From assembly GCA_026914245.1 (NCBI GenBank), contig CP110439.1:6758001-6822000 (forward strand): a stretch of 64,000 nucleotides of DNA, given 5' to 3'. Below, piece after piece: positions 24,601-37,157 of this stretch (the first letter of the stretch is position 1; each line of letters begins with the position of its first letter). Position numbers and translations under genes: made by a program. Below the pieces are notes generated by a model that worked only from the letters and a program-made list of their open reading frames with translations, made no database searches and was not told the DNA's origin. This DNA is from Puccinia triticina (lineage: Eukaryota).

Positions 24601-26235
24601 GATTTGCCGTTTTTCATGTGGTTGATCAACTTGATTGTGAGCTGGAATGTCGATGCCATCAGGGAGGGGGGGGGGGTCATGTAAGGCCGATTTAGAGGAA
24701 TTTTCATGGATGGTTTGACTTATGGTGTTCAAAATTGCACATGTCACGGTTTACATAAAATCATAAAGCCAATTTTGGCTGGGAGATGTCAGCGTGCATA
24801 AAACTTAAAGTGACATCTCCCAGCCAAAATTGCAGTTTATGATTTTATGTATAAAAATCTTTGAATGTACTTCGCGCACTGCAAAAAACTCGTCGCGCAC
24901 TGCAGGGGGCGTCCACTCGACGTCCCAGCCACAGTGCGCGGTAGCTCAAAACGCTTCGCGCACTGCAAATAAAAAAGCTTGAAAATCCCCTTTTTTTTTC
25001 TGCCAGCCGGCAGAGGGGATTTGTCTTGCCCCTCCTCCATTTTCTTGGGGTATTTGGACCCCTCAGCATGATGTAGAAAAAGGATGATAAAGAAATACAA
25101 AAACTAAGCGGAGCGCCTCCCCGGGGCGCACCCCCCATGGATTTTCAACCTGCCAAAATTCCATGGATTGGGTACACAGCCCCTCCAGAACAGAGTTCAA
25201 GGGGCAGAAGTACATACCCCATGACTTTGCCGTGCCAATGGCCGGCACAGGCTGGTCCCGGAGCGGAGTACAACATGCAAACTCCCCCGATGACCGGCCA
25301 GCACACAGGGGGAGTGCAAATCACTGGTCATCAAGTGGATTACGCACTCCTCTCGATGACTGGAATGGTCCCGGTCATCAAGAGGGCTAAATGGTCATCT
25401 CGATGACCGGGAACGTTCCGGTCATTGAGAGGAGTACACACACCTCTTGATGACCGGGACCGTTCCAGTCATTGAGAGGAGTGCTTAATCCACTTGATGA
25501 CTGGTGATTTGCACTCTCCCTGTGTGCTGGCCGGTCATTGGGGGAGTTTGCATGTTGTACTCCGCTCCGGGACCAGCCTGTGCCGGCCATTTGCATGGCG
25601 AAGTCATGGGGTATGTACTTCTGCCCCTCGAACTCTGTTTTCGAGGGGCTGTGTACCCGATCCATGGAATTTTGGCAGGTTGAAAATCCACGGGGGGTGC
25701 GCCCCGGGGAGGCGCTTTGCCTAGTTTTTGTATTTCTTTATCATCCTTTTTCTGCTTCATGCTGAGGGGTCCAAATACCCCAAGAAAATGGAGGAGGGGC
25801 AAGAAAAATCCCCTCTGCCAGCTGGCAGAAAAAAAGGGGATTTTCAAGCTTTTCATGTGCAGTGCGCGAAGCGTTTTGAGCTACCGCGCACTGTGGCCGG
25901 GACGTTGAGTGGATGCCCCCTGCAGTGCGCGATGAGTTTTTTGCAGTGCCTGAATTACATCCAAAAATCTTAAGCAATTTTGAACACCATAACTGCTAAG
26001 GCTTGCATGCAAAGTTGCTTCCAAAGGGGAGCGACCCACCAAACCTAAACACTTTCTCATGCAAAGTTGCTTCCAAAGGGGAGCTACCCACCAAACCTAA
26101 ACACTCTCTCATAATAAGGGAAAAAGAGTTTTAGCAACTTTTCACAACTGAGTTTTGACATCCACCTAACGTGAACAGTAACCCCAATGGCATTCACATT
26201 CCAGCTCACAATCAACCCCATGAAAACGGCAAATC
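24601..26235. mobile_element. Older TIR element enclosing the foldback
   Basis: GATTTGCCGTTTTTCATG..TTGATTGTGAGCTGGAATGT..ATGCCAT (24601-24659) is inverted at 26187-26235. A ~52-bp direct duplication lies at about 26005-26111. Confidence 0.55.
24721..25991. mobile_element. Foldback DNA element with ~530-bp inverted arms
   Basis: Ends TATGGTGTTCAAAATTGC / GCAATTTTGAACACCATA; 3-bp TSD ACT; mirror ORFs on both strands; nested ~100-bp palindrome at 24753-24851. Confidence 0.8.
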
Positions 26236-26768
26236 AGATGGACCCAGCGAGATACCACATGGCAAAACCTCTAAGAAAGCTGATCACCCACTAGCTGGCC
26301 AAGAGGTGGAAGAATCACATTGCTAACGGTGATAGCTACTAGCTAGAGTGCTGGATTGTATGGAAATCTCCCTCATGTCAAAACAGTTTGATTTGACATT
26401 GCGCTCTATGTAACTACAGCTCAACATGTGGAGATTCATTCCGATGGCTGATCAGGCTTCAAGATTTGATCTGAAGGATTATTCAATCCAAAGCACTTCT
26501 TGTGGCTATTTAGACACTTATCTCACTTAATGTAAATTTTTGTAAACTGATTTTCTTAGAATGGAGGCTCAATTTCAGGTCTCAGAGAAAGTTAGTTATC
26601 TTGGCAAAGGACTTGATATTTGACATCAAATTTTAGATGGCTGCTGGACACATCAGCGCCTAGATACAAATGATCCTTTTGCATTCTCAAAACAGCTTTA
26701 AGAGAAATGATACAGGAATGTGGAAGTTTCTAAATGATACTGTAAGTTTGGGGAAGAGTTTGCAATAA

Positions 26769-28357
26769 TCAATTGGTTGGCTGAAATTGAATGGTTTGAT
26801 CTTTTGGTTGATCTTTGGGTTTACCACCATTTTTCCTCTTATTACCCTTCTTTTTGCTCTTCTTTGGCTTTCCTGCAGGATTTTCAGTTAGCTCCGGTTG
26901 TGGTTTCACATCCGCCTGAGTCTTAAGATCCGGCTGGGGTCTTGCCTCCGGGGGAGGCTGTGTATCCGGCTGCGGTTTCGGGTCTGGCTGCGGTTTCGGA
27001 TCTGGCTGCGGCTTTGGATCCGGTTGGGGTTTGGGGTCAGGATCAGCCTTTTGCGCCAACTCCGGGGCGACTGTGGCATTTTTAGGAGCGGCTCCCGTCT
27101 GCAGTTCTGCTGCGACTTTGGTCAAATTTTCCGTGTCAGTCGTCGCCGGTTTGGTTTCTTTTGGATCTGCTGCTGGAGCCGCATTGGCCGGTGCTTCAGT
27201 GGCTGGTGCTTTTTGGCCCAGTTCGACACCGCCAAGTTTGGCATCAGTACCCGGATTCGCAGCAGGCTCAGGCTGGGTTTTTTGAGCAGCATCGACTTTT
27301 TCTGTGGCATTCTTAGCATCGTTCCCCGTCTGTAGTTCTGCTGTGACGTTGGTAGCCGTTTTGGGGGCTGGATCGACTTTTGCGGTCTCTGCGTCGGCAC
27401 TGGTAGTGGTAGCTAATTTTACGGTCCCTGCATCGGCGCTAGTAGACGTAACTAAATCAAGTTTAACATTTTCGGTAGCAGCCGTCGCAGGCTTGGTTTC
27501 TTTTGGAGCTGTTGCTGGGGCCTCAGTGGTTGGGGGCTTTTGGCCGAGTTCAGTACCGCGGGTTTTTGGGTCAGTACCAGGATTCGCCGTAGGCTCAGGC
27601 GGGGATTTTGGAGCAGCATCAGCCTTTTGTGCTGACTCTAAGGAAACTGTGGCATTTTTAGCATCGGACCCCGTGTGCAGTTCGGCGGTGACGTTGTTGG
27701 GGGTTTGGGGGGCTGAATCGACCTTTAGAGTCCCTACGTCTGCGCTGGCAACTAAATCAACTTTTACCTGTTCTGTAGCAGCCGTGGTTGCCTTTGGATC
27801 TGTTGCTTGGGTTGCATTGGGTGAGGCTTCAGTGGTCGGTGCCTTTTGGCCCAGCTGAACACCGGCTGTTTGGCTTGCATTGTCCGTCTGGTTTTGCAGA
27901 CGGGACTCCAGATGTATGGTACCCGGAGCCTCCCCACCCGATGCTATTTCCGCCAGAATTGTGACGCCAGCCTTAGTTGTATTCTGAGGATCTTGCCCCA
28001 GGATCGTGGCCGGACTTCCATCGTTGGTTACGTTGCCTGTATCCAGCTTGATTTCTGTCGGGTTTTTAGCGACATCTTGCGCTGGAATAGTTGAGGTTTG
28101 GTTTTCTGAGCGGGCTACGTCATCCGACTTGAGCTTCAAGGTCTTGGGAGCCTGATCGTCATGTCCTCTTCTTTGGAATCTCAACCCGCGAGGAGCCAGC
28201 CTAGAAAAAGGATCACATTCAGCCCTGAGCGCATTTGCATGTGATTTTGGAAATTTTTAATAAATTACCTTGCTGTTTGAGACTCAAAACCCAAAGCTTG
28301 AGTGCCTTGGAAAACAAAGGCTAGAAGGACCAGCCTGGTGAAGCGGTTGAAAGTCAT
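26769..28357 (-). CDS. Secreted repetitive Ala/Thr/Pro/Lys-rich protein (~506 aa), candidate effector or surface protein
   Basis: Exon 1 (28357-28269) encodes MTFNRFTRLVLLAFVFQGTQALG, a signal peptide. A GT-AG intron joins in frame at 28200 to the 471-aa ORF. Three ~100-aa repeats (xLGQKxPxTEA), PDPKPQ repeats and a KPKKSKKKGNKRK tail. Confidence 0.8.
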
Positions 28358-30024
28358 GTGTCGATAAATCTACTGTGATTATTTACGCAGAGGAAATGAC
28401 TAGAAGCCCTATGGATGATCATAAAATCGATAACTTATACTAATAAGGCAGATTACGATTTTGCTTTTTCACCAGGAAGCAAAACATAAAATATCATATG
28501 CTAGCAATCATGTAGCTTGGTGAAGTCGTATCTCCCTGTTGCTTGTGGAGCGGATGGCTTGACTATTCTGAAATCGACTAGTTACCCCTACATTTATACC
28601 TTCATTCAGCGGACCAACGTGACCTGCCAATGACAGACTGCAGTTGACAGGTCAAATGGGGGTCGTTCTCGGTTGCTGGATTCGACTGGCCAAGTAACTG
28701 TCAACATCCCACAGGGATGGGTCAACTTGTAACATCTGCGCTACCTCTCGCTACATGGTCGACATCATTAATTATCTTGTGCATTAATTCATCGTTCAAT
28801 ATTGATGGTTTCTTCCTTCTGGGTCTCCAGGAGATCCAGACCTATCCAGTCGAATGTGTGTCAGAACTTAGTGATTAGGGTGTAGTTTAAGAAAGTGGCC
28901 GTAAGTTCTCAAGTGGCAACGCTCGCGTCATTGGTGTCTACCTGCAGGCCATGTGGGCTCTGGAGTTTGGTATACATACCCTCGTTCATCTCGGTCACCG
29001 ATCAGGTAACCAGGGCATAGAAATTCCGTCTCGATTGTCATTTATCGGTGCTCAACTGTGTCCTTCTAGGAACTTGATGCAAGTGGTAAGGCAACCTGGT
29101 TGCCTGCTGATGCGACTCGAGTTGAACTGATTTTTTTTTAATTTTAGGGCTATTTTTCTAGCAGAACGTCTCAATGACGGTTCATCTTTCTCACCTGTAT
29201 TTGAAAATTCGTATCTACTTCATAGGGATCACAAGACTATTTGATTGATGGCCCAGCGATAATGGATGTTCTTGTTGATTATTAAAACAAAATGAAAAAT
29301 AATCATGCTTCAGATTAGTTTCAGGAATGACATCATTGACGCAGATGATCTCATTGCCATAATTTTTTCAAAAAAAAGGAACAATTAGAATCTTTCAAGG
29401 CATCATGAGGTTATTGTGTTCAATTAAGGAGCTATTAGCGGTTTAACATTAAGCGGACCAACAGGAACACCACAAAAAAAAAATTGGCAGCATTTCCCCC
29501 AGTTGTACAATAAAATTACAGGTACAATATGGACCACTTGGCTCTTTAAGCAATTGGCGCCGAGCAAGAGCCAAGTGGTGAACTCAACTACTCCACAAGC
29601 CGTATCCTCTTATACTTTTCCCCCCAACCTCAACTGACCACGACTTTTGCCTTGCCTTATTCCTTTTCCGACCCTATTATGTTTCTCATCATCAAGTTAC
29701 TATTTTCCCCTCCATTGTCTGTATGCATTACAAGAATGCAAAGCTGATGACGTCCTCCAAATCCGGAAAACTGAGACTATTGCTGTCTCCCGGGTTGGTA
29801 TGCTATTTTCCTGAGGCCTACACATTGCCGGAATACTACCAATTCTGGGATCCTAAGACAGTGTCCCGGGATACAATGTCTCTCCGGGCCACGCAATTTC
29901 CAGAATAAGATGTTCGCCAATTCCGGGAAGCTGAGACCGTTTCCCGGAATAGATGTGCCAATATTTTTACCAACATTGTGTTTCTCAATTCCGGGACACA
30001 GGACTGTGTCCAGGCATATGATTT

Positions 30025-31710
30025 TTCATCTTACATAAACGTGGGGTAATGTCGTTCCGTCATCTCCGAACAGTCAATGGAATAGTCTACGCTACTTTTC
30101 GTGAAGCTGCAGACTCAATGGGACTCTTAGTCAATGATAGACAATACAATGCTGCATTGACGGAGGCAGCTTTGTTTAAAAGACCGGTTGGCAGCTCCGG
30201 TTATTATTCGCGATAATATTGGTCTACAGTCCGCCCGCATGTCAACAAAAGCTGTTCAAAGACCACTTCTACAATCTAGGTGACGATGTTGTATTCAAGC
30301 TCGGCACTCGCTATTCAGTAGCAAACCCTACCCAAGAAGAGATCCGGGGGCTGACTTTGTGGCTTATGAGTCAAACGCTGGCGGAGATGAATGCTTGTTT
30401 CCAGTCCGTTGGGTTGAAGCTTTCCTGTAAAGATCAATTCCTGATGGAGATGTTTGATGGAGCGCAAGATATTTTCGACTTCACCGCGATCAGTGCCCGC
30501 TTGGAGAAGAATGAAATGATGTTTACTCTGGAGCAGCGAGTCTTCTTCAATGGTGTGATGTATGCGGTCAATAACCAAGTGCCACCAATGTTCTACTTGG
30601 ATGGACCTGGCGGGACCGGTAAAACTAAAACTTTTCTTCTCAACAGTTTAATTGATGGTTTGACAATAAACCAAAAGAAATGTGTGGTTGTTGCATCAAC
30701 GGGGGTGGCAGCGCTCCTGCTCAACAGAGGTCAAACAGCTCACTCTGCTTTCAAGCTCCCATTAACAACAAAAAATGAGACCTTGTGCAGCATTGATGCC
30801 TCGACAAAATATGGTTGTGAGATGATTGCAGCCAACATCATTTTTTGGGGAGAGATTGTGACGATGCACCTCCAAGCTATGCAAGACGTCAACATATCAC
30901 TGCAACTGTTGACAAATAATCCCCCCCGTTTGGGGGCAAGTGTGCTGTTTTTTTGGGCGACCTTTGTCAAACTCTTCCCGTCGTTGGGTTGGAAGAGTGT
31001 CCGCCGTCTTGTCGCGCCACTCTAAAATCTTTGTACTTATGGGGAGCAGTCAAAAAGCACACTTTAACCCTTAACATGAGGGTGAGGCGAAGCAAGGACA
31101 CTGAAGTGGTCAAGAACTACTTGATCTCGGCGAAGGGAGATTGCAAACCGCATCAATCAAGAAGGTGCAACTTGGAACAATCAATATCAACTTGGCAATT
31201 TCTCCAGATGACCTCATCCGGAATCCCGTCAAGTATCTATATGGAGACATCAAGACTGAATGTCAAAGAACACAAGACAGTTACATGGAATATCTCAGTT
31301 CAAGATGCATCCTGACCCCACTTAATGTTGATACTTGAGCTCTGAATTGCGTGGTACTCAAACAGATGAATGTAGAAGTGTTAACCTCAATTTTGGTTGA
31401 TAAGCCAGACAATGAAGCCTTAGACTTGTTGGCAAAGGAAAGTCTTAGCAAACTGGATTTCCCTGGCTTTCCTGAGCACAGCTTATCCTTAGCAGTTGGT
31501 ATGCCTGTAATGTTACTACAGAACCTGAACATTCCACAAGGCTTGTGCAACAGGAGGTGGACAATGGGCGCAAATATCTCGACAGGCTCTCATAAAGGAA
31601 AAGAAGTTACATTGACAAAAATCACACTCTGGTACAAGGGTGAAGCCCAGGATAAGATTTCATGCTATTGCAATCAGTTCCCCGTAGTAGCATACTTCAA
31701 CTGTATGTAG
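30025..31710 (+). pseudogene. Helitron Rep/Pif1-helicase remnant
   Basis: SFRHLRTVNG..TFREAA..GLL, QLRLLFAIIL, LDGPGGTGKT, VASTGVAALLL.RGQTAHSAFKLP, GD..QTLPV, LTLNMR, ILTPLN, GMPVMLLQNL..GLCN, QFPV; multiple frameshifts and stops. Confidence 0.9.
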
Positions 31711-31984
31711 CCTTATTGCGGGTGACTTGTCCAGAAAATTTAGCAATTTTTCAGATTGAAGGTTCTGAAGATCTTCTCAATGTATTTAACACATATGTCT
31801 TGCATGAATTCTGTTATTATTGATTATTAATAAGTGTTTTTGTAGGCCCTGTAGGGAAGGGTTGAAATGCCAAGCCAAAAAGCATTTATTTTCTCTTTGA
31901 ATGGATATATGCTAGACTAGGCTCTTTGCCGTGTTTTGGAGTCCGGGAATTGACATCAATTTTGTTTGACTTCTTGCAGTAATA

Positions 31985-32183
31985 GGGGGGTTCACAATAG
32001 GATGAAAAAACTTTAGAGCTAATTTTAAGGCCTTTATGATCCATTTTTTTGAAAATGAAGAATTTGATCTGATTCTCAGGGGAAACCCAGTCCTGTACAA
32101 CTTGCCAGATTTTTAAAAAATTCTTGATAAAGGCCTTAAAATTGGCTCTAAAGTTTTATTTTTATCCTATTGTGAACCCCCCC
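31985..32183. mobile_element. MITE of the same family as 18759-18960, inside the Helitron tail
   Basis: GGGGGGTTCACAATAGGAT / ATCCTATTGTGAACCCCCCC; 4-bp TSD AATA. Confidence 0.8.
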
Positions 32184-32245
32184 AATACAATGCAAACAAT
32201 TAAAAAAAATTTATTACTTTCACAATTAAAAGCGCTAACGGTTGC

Positions 32246-32275
32246 AGGGCGGCGCAGCTGCCCTTAAACCCTAGT
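32246..32275 (+). mobile_element. Helitron 3' terminus
   Basis: Hairpin AGGGCGGC-GCA-GCTGCCCT, 6 nt, then CTAG|T, downstream of and on the same strand as the helicase remnant. Confidence 0.7.
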
Positions 32276-32287
32276 GTATAATATATG

Positions 32288-33032
32288 CAGGGCATAGCAC
32301 GGTGGTATTCGACCGTTTTTTGGGCCCCTTGAATACTGATTCGTCGAATACTTGAGTATTTGGAGGTATTTGACGGAAAAACTACCAAAGTACATTAAAA
32401 ACATCAAAAAATTATGTTTTTTGTGTTTTTGACTTATTTTGGCCCACTTCTGGGCCATACAATTTTGAGGGGGTCATCCGTCAAAAATATCATGGTGCCA
32501 AAGGTGCTAATATAACATTGCCGGAGGCATATCTCATAATGGCGGACGCACTATTCAGAGTGCAGGACGCACTTTTGATAGTGCCGGATGCACTTTTGAT
32601 AGTGCTGGACACACTTTTGACAGTGCCGGGCACACTTTTGACGGTGCCAGACTCACTATTCAGAGTGCCGGACGCACTTTTGATAGTGCCAGACTCACTT
32701 TTGATAGTGCTGGACTCACTTTTCATAGTGGCGGACACACTTTTCATAGTGGCAGCACACTTTTAGTAGTGGCGGACACAATTTTCAAAGTGCCAGAGGC
32801 AGATTTTTTTTTTGTGTTGCACCAAAGGGACTGGTAGAGGGCCTGTGCAAACTCCTCTGGGGCCTTTGGGCCCCAGAGAAGCTTGCATTGGCCCTCTAGG
32901 CGCCCCTTTGAACCATTATTCAAAAAATTTCAAATATTCAAGCTTAAATTTGCCAAGGCATTATTTGACTTGAATCAAATTCAAATACAAATACTCAAAT
33001 CAAATCAAATCGATTCAATGTGCTATGCCCTG
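32288..33032. mobile_element. hAT-like MITE with an internal 21-bp minisatellite (~32515-32800)
   Basis: TIRs CAGGGCATAGCAC / GTGCTATGCCCTG; TSD AATATATG / AATATATT; unit approximately GTGCCGGACGCACTTTTGATA. Confidence 0.8.
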
Positions 33033-33422
33033 AATATATTCTGCAACAAACTCAGGCCCCGTTCGGAGCCAATATAAATATAGGTGATATAATCATTTGT
33101 AAATTCAATAAAAAATACAAAACTCAACATAAAGAATCCAATTTTTTTTTGTAGGAAGCCTACAGTACTGGTCTCATCAAATATGAAGTCAGATTTAACT
33201 GATTCAGCCATCTTCAGCACCACAATACCATTATATTGCTTTGTTTTGGTCAAAAGCGATATAATGGTACTACAGTACTGAATATGGCTGAATCAGTTGA
33301 ATCTGACTTCATAATTGAAGAGACCAGTATTGTAGGCTGCCTAGAAAAAATATTTGGGGGCTTTATGTTGAATTTTGTAGTTTTCATTGAATTAACCAAT
33401 GATTATATCACCTATATTTATA

Positions 33423-36213
33423 GGGTCTTGGAAAAACGACTCCCAACTTTTGGGAAAACAACTCCCATACGTTGGCGCGACTGTTTTTGGACCAGCGCTC
33501 GACGTCGACCTAGACCCTTTTTTTGGGTACGGGTTTTTTGGGAGTTGTCGACCCAAAATAATTTTTTTTTGGGAGTCGTTGTGCTAATTTTTCGTATTAT
33601 TTTTTATTATTTTTAATATGTATAACTTTTTTTGTTCCACGTGCTAGAGACATAAAAATTTGAGAGAACAGAGATTTATGCATAAATTGTACCCCCTGAA
33701 TTTCTTAGCAATAGTGTGTCATCAGAACATGAGATATAAGGGGTGCGTGTTGGGCTTAGTAGGAAAATGACCGCCAGCCATATAAGTTTTTTGTTACACA
33801 CCCAAAAAGTCCAAAACTTTCAGGAATCTTTAAATAATTCATATAGTTTGTGCTATCAAATTATTAGCAATAGTTTTCCATTGTAGAATGACATATAAGG
33901 GGTGCGCGTAGGGCTTAGTAGGAAAATGACCGCCAACCATATAACTTTTTTGTTACACACCCAAACAGTCCAAAACTTTCAGGAATCTTTCCATGATGCA
34001 TATATTTTGTGCTATAAAATTATTAGCAATAGTTTTCCATTGTACAATGATGTATAAGGGGTGCGCGGAGGGCTTAGTAGGAAACTGACCACAAACCTCA
34101 TATCTTTTTTGTTACAGACCCAAACAGTCTAAAAATTTCAGGAAACTTTCAATGTAGCATATTATGCCTGCTATGAAATTCTTAGCCATGGGGTGCAATC
34201 AAAATAAGAGATATAAGGTGAGTGCGGATAAAGCCCGCCGCGCACACCCCATATCTCCTATTTCTATCACATCAAGTTGCTAAGAATCTCATATCACAAA
34301 TAATATGCTACATGAAAGATTTCCTGAAATTTTTAGACTGTTTGGGTCTGTAACAAAAAAGATATGAGGTTTGTGGTCAGTTTCCTACTAAGCCCTCCGC
34401 GCACCCCTTATACATCATTGTACAATGGAAAACTATTGCTAATAATTTTATAGCACAAAATATATGCATCATGGAAATATTCCTGAAAGTTTTGGACTGT
34501 TTGGGTGTGTAACAAAAAAGTTATATGGTTGGCGGTGTGGTGTTCCATATGTGTGACAATGCCAAAAGCCCATTGCAGAGGTATTATAGTAGAGGGAGTG
34601 TGTAATACAGTGCAGGGGAAGAAGGGAAGAAGGAGCAAGATGGGAGGAGAGGCCTTGACCCTCAACATTGGGAATGGAACAGGTTAGACAGTGGATGCAG
34701 AGTGTGTGGAAGAGGATGAAAGATGGCTTGGTTGCATAGCAACACATGACATCATGCAGCGCAGTACATGCATGAAAGTGCTGTGTAGCTCAAGCGCCTC
34801 ATGCAGCATAAATCTCTCATTGTTTGTACATGAAGCACATCATATGCAGGTAGATAAGATGTACAGGAGGCGTCTCCTGCAGCATAAATCCCTCATTGTT
34901 TGTAAGGCAGTGCAGCACACGCATGCAGATGCTGTGTAGTTGAGTGTCTCCTGCAGCATAAACCCCTCGTTGTTTGTACATGCATGAGAGGCTGTGTAGT
35001 TGAGATCCCCTGCAGCAATAATCCCTCATGAGGAGCTTCCCTGGAGCAAAAATCCCTCACCCTTCAATATACAAGGAGGCCCTTTCCCCCCTCATCAGAC
35101 TTTTCCCCATCAGCCTACAGAGGTTTGGTCACAGTGGTTAGTTAGTTACGGTAGTTAGTTAGTGTCGCGATCAGCCTACAGAGGTTTGGTCACAAGTGGT
35201 TAGTTAGTTTAGTTAGGATCAGCCTACAGAGGTTTGGTCACATATGGTAGTTTAGTCAGCAGTGCGGTTATTAGTGGTATTAGTGGTTAGCACAAGTAGC
35301 GTAGAAGTTAGTAGCAGTATTAGTGTTTCGGAAGTAGTAGAACCAAGCATAACACAACAACAAGTTCGAGTTAAACAGCATATTAGTAACATGTAGTACG
35401 AGTATAACAAAGTAAGTATATTGCCTGCGAGCGAAGAAGTTATAACAGATTTGTTAGCCTGTTGAATCAAGTGATCTAGGTCTGATAGAGATTACTATAT
35501 GAAAGTAAGATCTATCTTGGAATCAGCCATATCTTTATAAATATTGATTACAAGACTCTTAGATATTTGCATAGTATTATTAGAGGGGCAGGTCTTTCAA
35601 ACCACCCGTAAGTTGTAATAGCCTTTCAACCTATTAAGCAATTTATTTCCCCCTCAGCGGATATTTCACCAAATTATATTTAGTGTCCCACACGAGTCCT
35701 ACAGCGGTCATTTTCCTACTAAGCCCTATGCGCACCCCTTATATGTCATTCTACAATGGAAAACTATTGCTAATAATTTGATAGCACAAACTATATGCAT
35801 TATTTTAAGATTCCTGAAAGTTTTGGACTTTTTGGGCGTGTAACAAAAAACTTATATGGCTGGCGGTCATTTTCCTACTAAGCCCAACACGCACCCCTTA
35901 TATCTCATGTTCTGATGACACACTATTGCTAAGAAATTCAGGGGGTACAATTTATGCATAAATATCTGTGCTCTCAAATTTTTATGTCACTAGTACGTGG
36001 AATAAAAAAGTTATACATATCAAAAATAATAAAAAATAATACAAAAAATTAGCACAACGACTCCCAAAAAAAAATTATTTTGGGTCAACGACTCCCAAAA
36101 AACCCGTACCCAAAAAAAGGGTCTAGTTCGACGTCGAGCGCTGGTCGAAAAATAGTCGCACCGACGTATGGGAGTTGTTTTCCCAAAATTTGGGAGTCGT
36201 TTTTCCAAGACCC
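33423..36213. mobile_element. Mutator-like foldback element with ~500-bp TIRs and ~141-bp subrepeats
   Basis: GGGTCTTGGAAAAACGACTCCCAA / TTGGGAGTCGTTTTTCCAAGACCC; 8-bp TSD TATTTATA; mirror ORFs 33236-33616(+) and 36020-36301(-). Confidence 0.8.
34536..35703. mobile_element. Solo LTR (~1.17 kb) inserted in the Mutator-like element
   Basis: TGTGG...CTACA ends; GCGG(T) duplicated on both sides; splits the subrepeat TATGGTTGGCGGTCATTTTCC; internal repeat ATCAGCCTACAGAGGTTTGGTCACA three times. Confidence 0.7.
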
Positions 36214-37157
36214 TATTTATATTGGCTCCAAACAAAGCCTCAGTGATGAGGCAAAATTGACACACGGGAAAAACAAAAACTAATATTTGGTAATTTGTCA
36301 ACTAACTCAACACAAGTCCCCCTGTTGAAGGCTTGATGTGGCTGGCGGCAAAGCAGCCCCTTCCACAATTGAGCAATTAGTGAAGCAAATTAGAAGCATA
36401 TATTCTGTCTCCAAAAGGGTTAAAATGGTTGGAAAATTCCCCTTTATGTAGATTGATCCAAGAAAAAATCTTCCATCAGCACCTTTGCCCAAAACAAATT
36501 GTCTACAAGGTAAGCTTACTCAGGTTTGCAAATTTGCTCATTTGGCCAATTTTATTGAGTTGAAGAAACTTAAGCATGTCCCAGAGAGATAGCTAGGTTT
36601 TGGAAGGATGGATGCACATGATTATTGTTGACAATTGATTCAAGAGGAGAGAAAATTGGGTCTTGGTGCAATGAGAGCCCCCAAATGTGGCAGCCCCGCA
36701 AGGTCTCTCTGCCTGTAGATCTCCTGAAACACTCTCAGATACTTTGCATCTTGTCTGATTATATAGAATCTGTTGAAGGGGGTGTGGGTGGACTCTGGAG
36801 TTGCTTGGACTGGTGGTAATTTTCATGGTGAAGAAAAGGCCCATTGTTAGGCTAATAAGAGTGGAGAGGCTTGAGAACTGCATTTTTGGTTCTTGATAAT
36901 GGGGGGAAGTGGATGTTTGAATGCCCACTGCAGCCCCAATCTGCTTTATCTCATCAATTTACACTGGGTTATGGGCCCCATGCCATCTATGTACTCTCAG
37001 CCAGAGATGGAGACTCCATTCAGAAGTTGAGACTTGGACCAAAGAATCAAACTTGGAAGTACTCATAGAGCTCCCCAGTTTCATCAACTGAAATATTCCC
37101 ACCAATTCAACTACAACTGACACCAGTAATAGCTACCCATACTTGTGAAGGGTTTTA

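Larger units (their letters stand above)
33055..36239. mobile_element. Tourist/Harbinger-type palindromic MITE interrupted by a 2.8-kb insertion
   Basis: GGCCCCGTTCGGAGCCAATATAAATA at 33055 versus TATTTATATTGGCTCCAAACAAAGCC ending at 36239; TSD TCA; body 33072-33422 is a near-palindrome. Confidence 0.75.

Noticed and set aside
32490..32766. ORFs with heptad repeats (KSASGTI / VPDALLI)
   Set aside because: Translation artefacts of a 21-bp minisatellite inside a hAT MITE.
36593..36883. Signal-peptide-like start MQFSSLSTLISLTMGLFF
   Set aside because: No convincing downstream exon structure in CpG-depleted, decayed sequence; at most a relic.
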